Part shown: positions 37,747 through 51,522 of the stretch, in pieces | How positions within the stretch are numbered: the first letter of the stretch is position 1 | Layout: each line of letters begins with the position of its first letter | From: Catajapyx aquilonaris | Lineage: Eukaryota | Reading direction: 5' to 3' | Assembly (NCBI GenBank): GCA_000934665.2 | Contig: KZ538070.1 | Span: forward strand, 1-64,000 | DNA: 64,000 nt | Position numbers and translations under genes: made by a program | Notes under the pieces: generated by a model | The model's input: only the letters and a program-made list of their open reading frames with translations | The model's database searches: none | What the model was told of the DNA's origin: nothing

Positions 37747-40700
37747 CGGATTAGCTCAGGTACTGTCATCTCCTAAATGTACCGTTTGTCCATGGCAATC
37801 GTGCCTATGTCATTCCCTCTTCCACACACACAAAAAAATATATGCGAGAACCCTTTACCAAGACGCAAGAAATGCATGCCTCATAACTAAAACGTGCATA
37901 TTCGCTGACATTTCTAATGTGTCCACCATACCGGTTTCAAGCTGAGGGCAGAAGAGGTCGCCATGCAATGATTATTATTATAATAGAAAACGCCGCATAA
38001 ATTTAGGCTAATGTACCATAAATTGCTGGGGCGGTGGTCTCGGGCCATTTTGGATTTTTGGGGAGGGTGTTTTTTTTTTCGGGTCAGGTATGGCAGGTGG
38101 TGGACTATCTGCGGCACATCTACACGAGGCACATTCCCATTGGGTCCGGCTTCCATTCGCACTCCTCCTAGGCTAGAAAAATGGCGTGAGTCTAGTCACG
38201 GAAAGCCGTCGCTCCCTGTTGGAAATGGAGCAATTAGATCGGGTGTGCGGCAAGGGGAATTTGGGACCCGGTTCTATTTTGGAAAAAAAAAACTGGGGTT
38301 CTATAGCAACCTATACCTTGGCCTTTGCCACCTGCGGAGTCATCCCAGTTCCGTGCCAGGACCATCAACTTGATAGAAGAAACAACTATGGGCCCGTCGA
38401 GAGAGCTGAAGATTAGTGGGGTCGGGATGAACTGACCTCCGTGGGGTCACATTTGAATCGGCCGCAATCAAAGGAACAGGAGGAAGGTTAATGAGGCCGA
38501 AGGGATGAGGATTTAAAAGTTGGATGGAGTCCGCTAGATGGCTGGGCTGATACTCGACGATACAGTATTGCTAACAATTCGTCCAAACCAGTTTTGCCCA
38601 ACGATAATCATTTTCGTCCCTTGTTATTCCTTTCGTTATTATAAAAATGTTTTATATTGTATATTAACCCAGATATGCCTAGCATGTATGAAAATTTTGT
38701 CAAATGGTAGATTTTTAGCTATTTAAAAAGTATATAAAATTTTAAAATAATTTCAGGCATATTATTTTGCTAATTTGCTAATTAAGCTTAAGCGTTATAT
38801 TAGTGTACAATGTACTACATATTTTATTGCAGGTTACAAAATTATTGAACCTTCATATTGCAAACCACAAATAGCTAGAATCGTCGTTGCTGGTCTTTGG
38901 TTTTAAGATAAAATTTTTTGGACGAAACATTTTTCGTTGTACCAATTGTTGGACATAACTAATTTGGATAAAGTGTTATATAACCGCCTGTTGCCCTTTG
39001 CGTATGAAGAAAGAAGTTTCTTCGTACCTTTTGCAGCCCATGCAATTAAACTTTTGCAAACTGTACCATAATTTACAAGTGTTGACGTAATTGCTTCCTG
39101 CTTGGAAATTACATGGCGGAGAGCGAACCCTTGCTGTCAGGGTAGGCGAAATATGACAGACCTCCTAATAGAATAAAAGTCAGGGGTGGGGGGGGGGGGG
39201 AAGGCAGGGATGGAAAAAATAATAATAATAGAAAGAGGGTGTGTGGGGGAAAGTGCATTCCTTTTCGGGGATAAAAAGGGGCCGCCCTTGTTGCTTTTTG
39301 GTTGAAAAAGCTTGTTTTGTCTATCCCACATGAGGTTCAGGCAATAATTATGCCACGATCAGGCATGTTTATATGCCCTCCCAAATGGCCTGCGTTTCGA
39401 TATATCAATCATGTAATTTTTACAAACCGATATGTCGATTTTTTTAAAAAAATTATACTGTATATATTTGAGAAATATCGATGTATCAGCCGAAGCGTGA
39501 CTCTAGATTGCTGGTCTTGTGCTAGTCTAATTATCCAAGTTGGGTTGCTAGAATCGTCCCTGGGTGGGCACCTGCTTTGTGGTCTGCCCCGTCCCTCCTC
39601 CTACCCCCTAGTCCCTTAAATGATGCACTAGTGGAGCCCTCCTAATGAACGGTTGCCTAGGAGATGCTGCCGGGCCCAGTACAGGCACCTACCTTGGACC
39701 TGACCTCCTGGGGTCGCACTTGGTCGATTTCGACCAGATGTTGAGGATGGGCCAAGACCCGCTTCTTAGCCAGTTAGGTCAAGCTGGATTATGCTAAAAA
39801 TGGCTTAATTAGTGCTTTAACTCATAGGAAGTGCGGTGGTGTATTTGGAGACAACATTGAAATCTACTCGTTGTTTGTATAAACATTCTGAATGGTCAGC
39901 ATATTGTTGTTACCGCGACGCTTCCTATTGGCCCAGTTCTGCTCCTGCGCAATGGTGTGGCGGCAGCGCCTCTGGTGTCTGGTGGGTGGGAGACGGACGC
40001 GAGGGTTTCTCTCATTTTTGATTTAAAATTGTAAAAATTCAGACGTTGTCTCCAAAGGCTGCACTTACTTACACATTAAGTCGCTATAGGTAAGACCCTG
40101 AAGTAACCTGCTAAATACCACCTATTAAAACAGACTTTTTAGAGTGTTCCTGTGTAATCACCACTCCTCGACAATGTACCTTCCTTAATGACCTCCGACT
40201 CTGGTGGTCGATTTGTGCAGATGTCGCCAGTACCAACTGCTGGTCCTGATGCTGCAAGAAGAGCATCATCAGGATGGGTCCAAGCAAGCAAGACCCCCAT
40301 TTGGCCAGAAGGGGTGGGAATCGGATTTGCAATAGATATGGGCGAGGAATGTGGGGAGACTGCAGGGGAAACCGGTAATTTGTAGCAGTTGGGAGTGGCA
40401 AAAGAGGATGGCGATGGCGATGGATTCAGAAAGGAGATTGGCCGGAAGATCATAACTCGTGCGCGGCTTGACACGGCCGTGTAATAACCCCCGTTAATTA
40501 TCCAGTGCGCAGGAAATTTACGGAGGCCCATATTTTATTCCTTACCTCCCCCCCCTACCTACCCTCTGTAACATCTCTTCACGGCCATCCCTTCAGTTTT
40601 CATTTTTATTTTTCTCATTTAATTCAGTTAGTGTGTGTGACCGAGCAGGGCCAAACTATGTTACAGACCTTTCATAAATTATGGGTGTAGTTATATGGCT

Positions 40701-41229
40701 CGGTAACACCTTGTAATACTGACACGAGCAGGTCATTTTTCACACTATAGAGGAATTGGGCTCTGCTCATTTCAATTTCTTTCAATATTCACTTGAATTT
40801 ATGTAGCCTACTGTAGGCTACTTGAATTTGAAATGACGTATAAAATTTACTGAAAAAGTTATAAAATTTTACGCATTTTTTTCAAATTTTACAGTGTTTT
40901 AATTTTTACAAAACATTGGAAATTACAAAAAATTAATTAGTAGTTTTTTGACATTTTACAATTATTTTTAAAATTTTACAAATATTTTTGGAAAATTTTA
41001 CAAATAATTTTTTAATTTAAAAATAATTTTTAAATATTAAAAATATTAAAAATTTGCAAATATTGGGTGGAATTGTAATTTACAAATATTACAAATTTAC
41101 ACAAAAATTAAATTCACACAAAAATGTAATTTACAATTTCTTTGAATTTTGCAAAAAATTATGGTCTGTACGGTACTGTATACTTTGACTATTTGGCTAC
41201 CCTGAACTAAGCACATCTAATTTTTCCAG

Positions 41230-41294
41230 GTGATCTGGGAGGACCCCACGTAATGAGAGTCTCTCCGGTGTCATGCTGAACTTGGAAAAGAAAG
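41230..41294 (+). other. Candidate 65-nt exon (non-coding, or containing a start codon)
   Basis: Acceptor CTAATTTTTCCAG and donor AAG|GTAAGC. All three frames contain stops. An ATG at 41273 would give MLNLEKK running into the donor. Confidence 0.3.
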
Positions 41295-42239
41295 GTAAGC
41301 ACACATTGCGTGTACACACTTTTTTTTTGCACCCCCACATATTGGCATACGTGCAATCCCATTAGTTCGAGAGGGAAATAAGCAGTGTCGTTTGTCGATA
41401 AATACCCACAGCCGGGCCTAGTCATCAACCATAATGCTCCTGGACATTTTGCCCAAGTGCATCTCCCATTGACACGCTAAAGTGTACTTTAACCTGACTA
41501 AGCACGAGAATATACGTGTATATCATGCGTGTCTCAACCCCTCTTGAAACGGAAAAAAAATCCGGAAATTGCAAAAAAAAAAAAAAAAAAAAAAAAAGGA
41601 GCTAGTGCTGACAACATGACACAAAGTAGCGCTCTCTTTTCTCTTGATCCCCGGATTTTCTTCAAAGCTCATTAACGCTAAATTAGGCTTAAGCAAACGG
41701 CCATTATCTCTCATCGATAGTCATTTGTCAAGGAAGAAGCTCCTTGTTTAGAGGAAAAACCTAGGAAATATTCGGACCCCCAAAAATTTTTAACCCGTGT
41801 TAATGGATGGGAGCGTATCAGATTTATTACCGGGGTCGGAACGACCAATTAAATTTGCGGATATCTGATACTAACGTTAATTGTCTATAAATATTCCGAG
41901 CACGCCGTGGCTCGGGTGCATACAAAAAAAAAAAAATCAAGCTAGGGGAGGGCCCCTCCTTTTCCGATAAAATAATAGGACCGCCGGAATCAATAATGGT
42001 TTTCTGGTCTTTGTTGCTGTCCCTTTTTTCCGAGTCGTTAACTCCAGTGTAAACTATTTTATTGTCTCTACTTGTTTTTGTGGCCGATGCTCTCTTCCTC
42101 AGGGTGGGTTGTCTCTCATTTGGACACCCCAACTTTTGTCAATGGGTGACGAAAGGACTTCATTAGGTTTTAGGTCGCAAAAACTTGTTTTCTTACACCA
42201 GGCCAACAAACAAAAACCGGTAAAATGATTTATTCATTT

Positions 42240-42650
42240 TGATGCGTGAATATATGCATTGAGTGCATTTGTATTCGCATATATGAGAGGTGAATAAATT
42301 TATGCACTTGGTAAATAAATATGCAGTAAGTGAATATATTCGTTTTTAAGTAAATTTATGCAGTGAGTGAATATATTCATTTAGCAAATAAATTTATGCA
42401 GTGAGTGAATATATTCATTTAGCAGATATATTTATACATTGAAGTGAATATATTTAGTAAATAAATTTATGCATTGAAGTGAATATATTGATTTAGTGAA
42501 TAAAATGCAGTAAGTGGAAATATCCATTTATATTACACTAAACTGAATATATTTATTCGCTTATTATCAACTTAAAAATCGAATTGGTGAAATAAGTCAA
42601 TATATTTTTCATTATTTGAAGTTCATAAAAATATGCATTTGGTGAATTGT
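42240..42650. repeat. ~37-bp degenerate minisatellite of the ATGCA family
   Basis: TAAATTTATGCAGTGAGTGAATATATTCATTTAGCA repeated, with variants. Confidence 0.8.
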
Positions 42651-43480
42651 TTGATATTGTAAAGACGGGGAAAAATCAAAATTGGTTTATAACTCAAATA
42701 GGCAAAAACCTACAACGGACTAAAATACGGTAAAACCCACCAGTAAAAACTGTAAACAAGTGTAAAATACTGTAAAAACGTGTTATGGGAGCCGCATACC
42801 AAATGAAGGCGATTAAGGCCCTCCCTTTGACACCTTAGCGTCAATAAATATGTATAGTCCCATATATGTGAGTACTTTATGAAACCTGATTGATGACGTG
42901 TCCGGGTAGGGCTCCACCCATATGTTTAAATCGATTAACCGAGAGTGGCTTGTTTGTTGCCTAGGTGGGGGTGGGTTTCTTCTCCTTCTCACTCATTTGG
43001 CACCTGAGATACGACCCTGGGTTGGAAGATGAGGGGGGCCCACCAAAGCAGTGCTGTGACTCCCCGGCGATGTTGATTTTTATCTTTTGTAATTAACAAG
43101 TTGTTTATTGTTTCCGGCTAGTATTTTACGTCAGGAGGTGCTTGGCGGGAGGTTTCGATTGCGCCAAAAATTATTAACCGAACTGGTGGTAATTAGGTTT
43201 TTTTTGTGTGTAGATGACCCTTGTACTGAGTACCTAGTCTGTTGATGTGACCCATGACCGTGGAATGGTTCTAGCACTGGTTAACGGTATATCCAAAATG
43301 GCCGCGACTCCTTTTTTTAAATATTAAATTGTGCAAATTCTCGCAAAATAATTGTTTGTCTTATATTTTGAAGTTTTGGAACAATATTAATTATTATAAT
43401 ATGAACTAAATTATTTTCTCACGCAAACGACGCATTTGTTTACGGATGGCTCTGATCGAAATACGCACTTTATGGATTAT

Positions 43481-43643
43481 TATTATTTTTACTTTAACAA
43501 TAATGGGTGGTATATAGAACTATATAGAATTTTGCGTCCCGGACTTTTCGCCCCCAACCAACCAAAATATTATTTTTACTTTAACAATAATGGGTGGTCT
43601 ATACAACTATATAGAATTTTTGCGCACCGGACTTTTCGTCCCT
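43481..43643. repeat. 87-bp tandem duplication
   Basis: TATTATTTTTACTTTAACAATAATGGGTGGT...CTATATAGAATTTT...CCGGACTTTTCG at 43481 and 43568. Confidence 0.92.
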
Positions 43644-44874
43644 GGCATATTGGCCCCCGTGACAATTTCTCCCACACCGCATCACCAAGACAAAGGGCAA
43701 CCCCATCCCTCAGTATGTCGTGATGGGCAAAGCCACAATAACATTATTTTTACCAAAGTAGTACTGGAGAAAATACCTCTTGTTGAAACCATCCTAGAGC
43801 ATAAAACCGATATTTCAGTGTCTCCAACCCTATTTTTTGGTCCAACACCTTTCGACTATACCAAGGAGAGCCCAATAATTAGAGAGTGACAACAAAAGAA
43901 ACCTATTACACCGTGTTTTCTCACTTTTTCGGACCAGTACGGGTCGGATACACTTGAGCCCAAATTACGTTCGGTCCACTTGTGCACCTCAATTCCAGAC
44001 TTCTTTTATCCTCCCCGTTGGCCACCTTGCCACCTCTTTGACACCCTGTGTTTGTACAACTTCCCGACCAGATTACTTCTTCCTTCAGGGGATTATCACC
44101 AACACACAGTCGAAAAAAAATGTGTTAACAATTCCCACGAAGAATCCGAACAGTCTTTACGTTTCCAAGAGTGTTCCGGATAACCTTCTGTCCGGAACTT
44201 TTTTTCTTTTTTGGGGGGTGGGGTGGGGGGGGGGGTGACCTATACTAGAGCTGGCCTATGCAATATTCAGAGCTTGCGGGGACTTGATGGCGGTGGGTCG
44301 AAATGTGGCCTGCCACGGTGATGCCCGTAGGAACAGGATTAGGTGCAGATTCCGGAGCTTGCAGGGAGTTTTATATGCTGGACCTGGGAAAAGAAAGAAA
44401 AAAAACCGAAAAAAGGAAGGTCCGAAATGTCGTCGATCCTGGTTTTCTTGTGGTGTCAGCAAAGGCAGGGGACAGGATTGTGTTGGGGTCAGCCTGAATC
44501 CGGGGCTTGAATCCGGGGGGGTTGGAAAAAGCGGCCTTGCAATGGTAGGAAATTGATCAGTATTGGACTGGCTAGATAAAATTGCGAAATCTTGAGTTTT
44601 AATATTAAGATGGGCGTGGAAAGAGAACGGAGGTATCTATTATTTTGATGTCGGAATAGAGACATGACCTGCAATAGATATGTCGAAGGTCGCTTAATTG
44701 ACACTTTTGGGATATCACAGCAAACTGACCTACAAATATAGCTAAATTTTTAACTATCTTGAAAGGAATGAATGGAAGTCACTCCTGGTTTAAGAGTGAA
44801 TAAATTGACCTATAAAATATCTGTATAAAATATGGTGTGAAAATGATTCAATTTCTAGGAAAATCAGGATGACA

Positions 44875-45440
44875 AATTGTTCCGAAAACTGTCATGTTTT
44901 ATACCCATTTTAAATATAAAATGAAAAATAAACCATTAAGTTATTTAAAATGAAATATTTTCATCCTTGACTCCTTGCACCGGTGAATGAAGTATATCTA
45001 GGAAAATGTAGTGAAATGGTGGTATTCCACCCCCCCCCCCCTAAAAAGGCTCAGCCCTATCACGGGGTAACGTTAAAAAATGAAAAATTTGAGTAGTTTT
45101 GGGCTCAATATCTGGTTTGAGTGATTTTGACTCAACATTTATCTCCAATTCGTTCATTTTGACCAAATATTGCTCAGTTTGAGTTGAAATTTTGACTTCA
45201 AATCGTTTTGCTTGGACCAAAATTCAAATTGATCCGAAAACTGTCATATTTTTATCCAATTTTGACTAAAATTAAAAATAATTAATTATTAATAATGAAT
45301 ATATTTTGAGTAGTTTTGGGCTGAAAATCAGTCGTTTAAAGCTTCTGGTTTTAGTGATTTTGATTCAACATTAATTCGTTCATTTTGACCAAAAATTGCT
45401 CAGTTTGACTTGAAATATTTCTGTTTGGACCAAAAATTCG
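44875..45440. repeat. ~215-bp AT-rich diverged tandem repeat
   Basis: ATTTTGAGTAGTTTTGGGCT...AATTCGTTCATTTTGACCAAA.ATTGCTCAGTTTGA.TTGAAAT at ~45087 and ~45303. TCCGAAAACTGTCAT at ~44881 and ~45233. Confidence 0.8.
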
Positions 45441-47278
45441 GCCAAATTACACCTTTAAAACCCCATAAAAAACGGACCTGATTGTTGAATATGTATGGAC
45501 ATCTCCGTCGCATTATTTGACATTTTCAGCCTTGGCAGGGTGGCCAGGACACCAAAGTACGTGGCTCTGACTTGATGACTCCCGTATAAATGGAAGGAAC
45601 ACAAAAGCCTTTTTGTCCATGGGAACACCCCTGGACCGGCTAATGCAAAAGGGGATGTGCATCAAGGGTAAGTCAGACCGCGAGCAATTTATGCAATAAA
45701 TGCTCCGGACCTAAATTGCTTAACCAGAAGTAATAAAGATAGCGGGTTACTATCCTACCCGGGGTAAGTGATTTTAGCGCTATCGAATCTGAAGTAAAAT
45801 GGCCCACTTTGACAGTCTCCCCCCTCCCTCCCTCTCCCCCCGGTGCATTAAAAAGGACGATCCTATCAGATGCAAATGAGTAGATTCCACCCAAGCAACC
45901 TGTCGTGGATGTTGCAAGGTCAGATGAAAATTACTGCAGGATTTGGAAACGTGATGTCAACCCACCCACCCCCTAAGAACCATGAACCACCACTTTTCTC
46001 GCCACCAGAAGAATTATGTGAAACTAATTTTCTTAATGTGGACTGGTGTCCGCAATTTAAACATTAGACCCGGCTAGGGCGTAAATCTTTACCCCAATTT
46101 TTTTTTTTTAACTTGATCATGGGGTTGAACCTGATGCAGGTTCATTACAACAATTGGAAACCACGAGTGATTTTCGGTTGCTTTTTCTAGGGCTGTAGAT
46201 ATGATCGCATGTCAAGAGACAGGAAATACATGCCATCCTGTCATATGAGAAAAATTTTGTGCTAATCAGCATCATGGGAAAAATATCGTTCGCGGTATAC
46301 CACAATGAAAGGGCTGCAAGGAGATTAACAATAGGGATAGCGATTATTAAACCTATTTCTGTCCCCAATTGTCAACTGGAGTCCGGATGTGTTCGGGTTG
46401 TCATCCGGAAAACTCGGGACTTTTTAGGGACAAAACGGTCAAAAAATTGGGAGAGTACCCCATAATTTTTATGGGTAGATGATTACACCCTACAACAGTT
46501 TTCTCCCTTGTCAAAATAGGCAGACAGCAGATGTGGATAGTACCGCTCATTAATTACAATAAATCTAATATCTGTTGAAGAGGCCGGAATTACAATATTC
46601 CAGAGGCACACATGTGGTGGGTTGGACTTGTGTCCCGGATTTTCAGAGGGGGGGAAAACACACGAGCATCAGGGTGTGATAATGATGGCGATTTGTAACC
46701 TACTCAGGTAGCCCGCACCTTGGCGGAGAACATGGTTTCCTCCTGTCACTTCCATAAAACCTGGACGCCCTTCTTAAAAGTGACAAAAGAACTCTCCTTT
46801 TCTTCTCGGCAGTCAGGAACCAGGGAGTTATAGACCAATCTATGCCGGAATAAAACACCGGCAGAAAATCCTGGTCCAACAAGACACGACTTGGCCATAT
46901 TGGATCATTTAGAACTGGTGTTCGACACGATACAGGTTGGCTAATGCTTGGATTCCGACTGGGCATAAACATGGCCGACGATACGGGTCGTTACTACAAT
47001 GGTGACAGTTGGGAACTTACAATCACCGGTTCTCCGGCCACGTTGGGCGCCATTCCGAGGAATCCAAATAGGACGGAATTTTTAATTTTTATTAATATTT
47101 CACAATACATCTTATTATCCGGGCTAATGGCTGTACGGATGTCGCTAGATAATCGGAAAACACGGATAATAGGAAAATGGTCCGAGATACCGTAAAATAA
47201 GCTATTTGCATGTTTTCAATTAACGACTGTACACACTTTAAATCAGATTTAATCCAATTTAGAAACATTTTCCACAGA

Positions 47279-47591
47279 TTTTAGACTTTTTTGAGAGAAA
47301 AAGTATTATAGAACGCTATAAGCCGTGCTATAAGACTTTTAGAATGGGCAGTCAGTGGTGGGGGAAAGGGGCGGTAGGAGGAGGGGGCAACCAAGGGGTA
47401 GGGGCGGATAGAGTGAACCCAGAACCTGAAAATCGAAAAATAAGTCTTATAGCACGGCTCTGTCTGATACCTGTCCACAGACAGAGCCATGCTATAATAC
47501 TTTTTTTCGATTTTCGGGTTCCGGGTTCACTCTATCCGGCTGTCCACAGACAGACAGAGCTATAAGACTTTTTTTCTCGAAAAACTCTAAA
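47279..47591. mobile_element. Nested inverted-repeat element
   Basis: Inner ~62-bp arms at 47405-47466 and 47478-47538 with an 11-nt loop. Outer ~32-bp arms at 47279-47311 and 47560-47591. GCTATAAGACT and CTGTCCACAGACAGA modules recur. Confidence 0.8.
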
Positions 47592-47753
47592 GGTCTGTTA
47601 TATTTCTTCGTTTGCGAGGGACTTTTTTTTGTTTTAGCTATGAACAGATAATCCACACCCGGATAATCGGGAGTACAGTGTACTTACACTTACCCAGGCC
47701 TATTTTGTTCGTGACTATCTGAAAAAATCTGGTTATGTCGCAAACATGGCTAC

Positions 47754-47905
47754 CGTACAGTATTGGTCATATATCGAGGCAACTGCAAGCGACATTTCCC
47801 GAAGCGGCAGAAGAAGGAATCGAAGATAAGCATCCTTACAAGCCGGGCAATGAAGATTCCTTCTTCTGCCGCTTCGGAAAATGTGGTAATGACCAATACT
47901 GTACG
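47754..47905. mobile_element. Palindromic MITE-like element
   Basis: Perfect 17-bp terminal inverted repeat CGTACAGTATTGGTCAT / ATGACCAATACTGTACG, plus an inner 30-bp inverted repeat ACATTTCCCGAAGCGGCAGAAGAAGGAATC / GATTCCTTCTTCTGCCGCTTCGGAAAATGT. Confidence 0.85.
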
Positions 47906-49418
47906 AATCTTCCCACCCTGAGCGCCATCTGTCATCTGTAGCTACCTAACTTCCTGGTACCCCTGCTCTTTCCATAATTCCCCTGGTAACTCTGTCATAC
48001 ACAAAAATCGCCTGGCAACTCCGCCCTTCTTGGCATCAGATTCCCCTGCATCTGGCAACACTTCATCTCACGTGAGAACGGAGGAACACCCTGCAACCGA
48101 ATTATGGCAGGCCTAGTAATTTGGTGTAATTTTCGCGCCTAAATTGCCCGTTGGGGCCCATCGCAGGTGTGGAGCGGGATCGGAGGGTTGGGTTACGTCC
48201 ACTCTTCTCTTTTCTCTCTTCTCGCCTTGTCTGTTGAGCCCCCTTGAATGCGTGCTAAGCCTCATGCGTGTTGGAAACAGTCCTCCCCAAATACAGTCCT
48301 CAAAAACCAGACAAAGACCTAAAGGCATCCAGTCGGGTTAGCTACAGACAAACACATCTCAGCCTAATGTCATCCAGATCTTGACAGCCTGGACAACACG
48401 ATTCCTTTCCCGTCGCCCCAGCTTCATTCCTATCCTTCCACCATTAATTCCAACCCCCCTAACAAGAGTTATGACCCACCTTAAGGAAGCTCCGGATTAC
48501 TAATTCCTTCTGGTGTAATTGATGTTACCTGTAATTACAGATGCGTGAGATGATGAAAAAAAAATGCGTCGCAATGTCATCTTCTAGACGAGTGGGAAAA
48601 TCCAGGGGTTTTGGGCCCTCGGGGTCACAATTTTCATGGGTTCTAATCTACAATAGGGGGGAGGCTTTTCATAATGGGATCTGCCTGCCGATCTGAGCTG
48701 GAGTGAGATAACAGCTCAAATTCATTGACATAACCCGTCCCAGTGAGGTAGAGTTAAGGAGAAGGTTAGAAAAAAGTCACTAACTTATGTGCTCCTGTGC
48801 ATGTCGTATTATGAAATTACGGGGCATTGCTAAAGCCGTGTAAAATTATGCAAATTGCCTCTAAGAGGGGAGAGTACCAGTTGTAATAACTGGTCTTAAA
48901 TTTCTTGATAAAGAAGGTCCCCGGCGCAGAAGAGTGTAAGATACATTCAGATTTATAGTTGTTCCTTGTAAAGCGCCTAGAGCCATGTTAGGTCCCTTAG
49001 GAGCCGTTAAATAAAGCTGGGAAAGTAATTATAATATTTGTAGCAAAGATTCATTGTTGCCATTTGGAAACAACTGTCCAATGCAATAGTATTTTACCTC
49101 TAGTCTGAGGGATTAGTAAAGCCCCACGGTTTTTCTGGCCCCGGATTACAAGCTCTGTTAAAGTCAGGTCCTTTTTAGGTCCTCCCTTTTACTAGCCAGG
49201 ATTGACTGTAATTCCGCCTGGGATTCCACCGGGTGGTGGATGGGGATATGAAATAGTGCGAAGGGGCAAAATACCCCCCCCCCCCGCCCCTCTCGAATTT
49301 TTTGTTGGCTCCCCTGAAAAAATACCTGAGGGCCTGGGGTGGACCTAACGTGGCGATACCACACACCATGAGCAATAAATCCAGCTAAAATGAATTGAAT
49401 TGAATTTTTCTACTGGCT

Positions 49419-49574
49419 CTATGAATTACTATGAATTTTCAACTACAGTAGTTCTATGAATTACTATGAATTTTCAACTACAGTAGTTCTATGAATTACT
49501 ATGAATTTTCAACTACAGACGTTCCATGAATTACTATGAATTTTCAACTTGTTCTGTGAATTACTGCGAATTTT
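49419..49574. repeat. 35-bp minisatellite (~4.4 copies)
   Basis: CTATGAATTACTATGAATTTTCAACTACAGTAGTT starting at 49419 and 49454, continuing with variants. Confidence 0.93.
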
Positions 49575-49637
49575 TCTAATACATTTTCAATTGTATAGGA
49601 GCGTTGCAGTGCAATCCGTAAACAATGACCGCGGTAG

Positions 49638-49692
49638 GCGCATGCGCAACATTGGACCCATGCGCAATATTGGGCGCATGCGCAATATTGGG
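49638..49692. repeat. 18-bp triplication containing GCGCATGCGC
   Basis: CATGCGCAAYATTGG occurs three times. Two copies form the palindrome GCGCATGCGC (NRF1/ewg-like). Confidence 0.8.
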
Positions 49693-51522
49693 TATATCCA
49701 GCTTCACCTCACTTACCTCCAGGTTTTCCTCTCTTTTGGGTCGCATTCTCTAATTATGATCATTATTTTTAATGATGGTTGAGATGTCCCAAAAGGAATC
49801 TCTCATTAGAAGTTCCAAGAGTCGACTAATGAGAAGCCAGCGTTACTCCCCGCACTCACTTTTCCCCGATTATTTATTGTGGAAAAGCGAGAGGTAGAGA
49901 TGGAATCAAAATGGTGGGGGGAGACTGAGTGGGGGAAGGTGGGGGGGATGGAGCGATTTTTGCGGCGGCGAGTTCTCTGATATTTCTCCCCACAAATGAG
50001 GGCTGGAGTCATTAGGTTTGCGGGGAACATTTTGAGGGGAGATATAGTTATAGGCTCCTTTTTTTTGGAAGTTCAAAAATGGCTGAGTTGCTCATTTTTG
50101 TCAACATGGCCACCGGGTACCTATAAACTCATTCATACAAAAGACAGGCTTGTTACCCCTGCTGGAACCAATCGTTGTCACCACCAGTGAAGACTCAATT
50201 CCACCCTCAGGGGTAGGCCCCTTAGGCCGATTTTTCAAGGTCCGGCCCAAAGCTTGACCAACAAACAACCGTGGCACAAGGTGTGGGCCTCCTTTCCCTT
50301 CGGTGAAAGGAAACAAAAAAAGAAAGAAAAGGTACCCGTGGGTTGGGAAAAGGAGCATAAAATAGGGATTCGTCTCGGAGGTTATATTTCATCAGGGAAG
50401 GAGACTAGTGGCGCCCCTTTCGAGCATGACTGAAAGTTGGTTGTCAAATTTGTAAGCGTCATCCAAGCAGGGGTCGGCAATATGGCAATTTTTCTACAGA
50501 GACAGCTTCGATTTGTCACAACCCCATATATTTTAGCATAATTATTTTTAAAAAGCGAGTGGAAATTGGCAACCCTGCACTGTTTCGTATATACTGTACC
50601 TTAATTAATTTTTTAAAAATGTCAAGAATGGCCTTAGGATCCGGATTCCTCAAATTTATCAAAAGGCCATTGCACCATTGTACTAGTGGTTTTAATCACT
50701 ATAAATTTGCAACTCGCGACATTGGATTACTCATTATAATTATGCGTGCACGTTGTTCATCCAGTAAAATATGGTTGTTCACCCCCTTAAAATATACGTA
50801 ACAGATTATTTGAGTTTGGTCTAGGAGACCGCAGGTTGTTGCCTGATAGGATGGCCCAGGACTACTTACCGAGGGATACGGATGATGCATTGTGGCATAA
50901 CTCTTAGGGTCCGGGGGAGATTCATGATTTATGTGGGTTAGGTAGGGGCATGCATGCGGAATTCTGGTGTAGTTTCGCAAGTGTTACAACGAAGTGGCTT
51001 CCTGAATATGAAGTGGAAGATGTTTGCACCCAAATGACTCCATGACCCTTTCTAAGATTAATCTGTTCCAAAATGTGGATAAACATTTTTATTTATAAAT
51101 TAGATGCACGCTACCATGTAAATTTGGGTTTTACTTTTACCATGTGGCAATTGGGTTAAATAAAACAGGGTCGAGTCACGTTGTTGTTATCAGCCACATG
51201 TAGACACTTTGGTCTTTAGGTAGCTGAGAATAGTGCGAGCGATCTTGACTAAAGCGATGAAAAGCAAGGCGACAAGTGTTGCGTGACTATTCAGGGGAGC
51301 ACGAAGGTGTAGATTTACTGCTGCAGCTTTTCTGGGAATAGATGTTGATCCGCATAATTTTTAAAACTCTGGTTGCAGGTATTTGGCCATGTAATCTGAG
51401 TCTCGACATGTGATTGAAGGAGATTAATACTGTCGCGAGTCGTCGTCACTTTTTGTCTTTTTCCGTATCTGATTTAGGACCCCCCGATTTAGACGTTTGA
51501 GACAGACAGTTTGACGTACCGG

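Noticed and set aside
38570..38990. Possible diverged inverted-repeat element with CGTCCAA-like subrepeats
   Set aside because: Arm similarity is too weak to define boundaries by eye.
50468..50577. Possible hAT MITE (CAGGGGTCGGCAA ... TTGGCAACCCTG)
   Set aside because: The ends match only loosely and there is no 8-bp target-site duplication.
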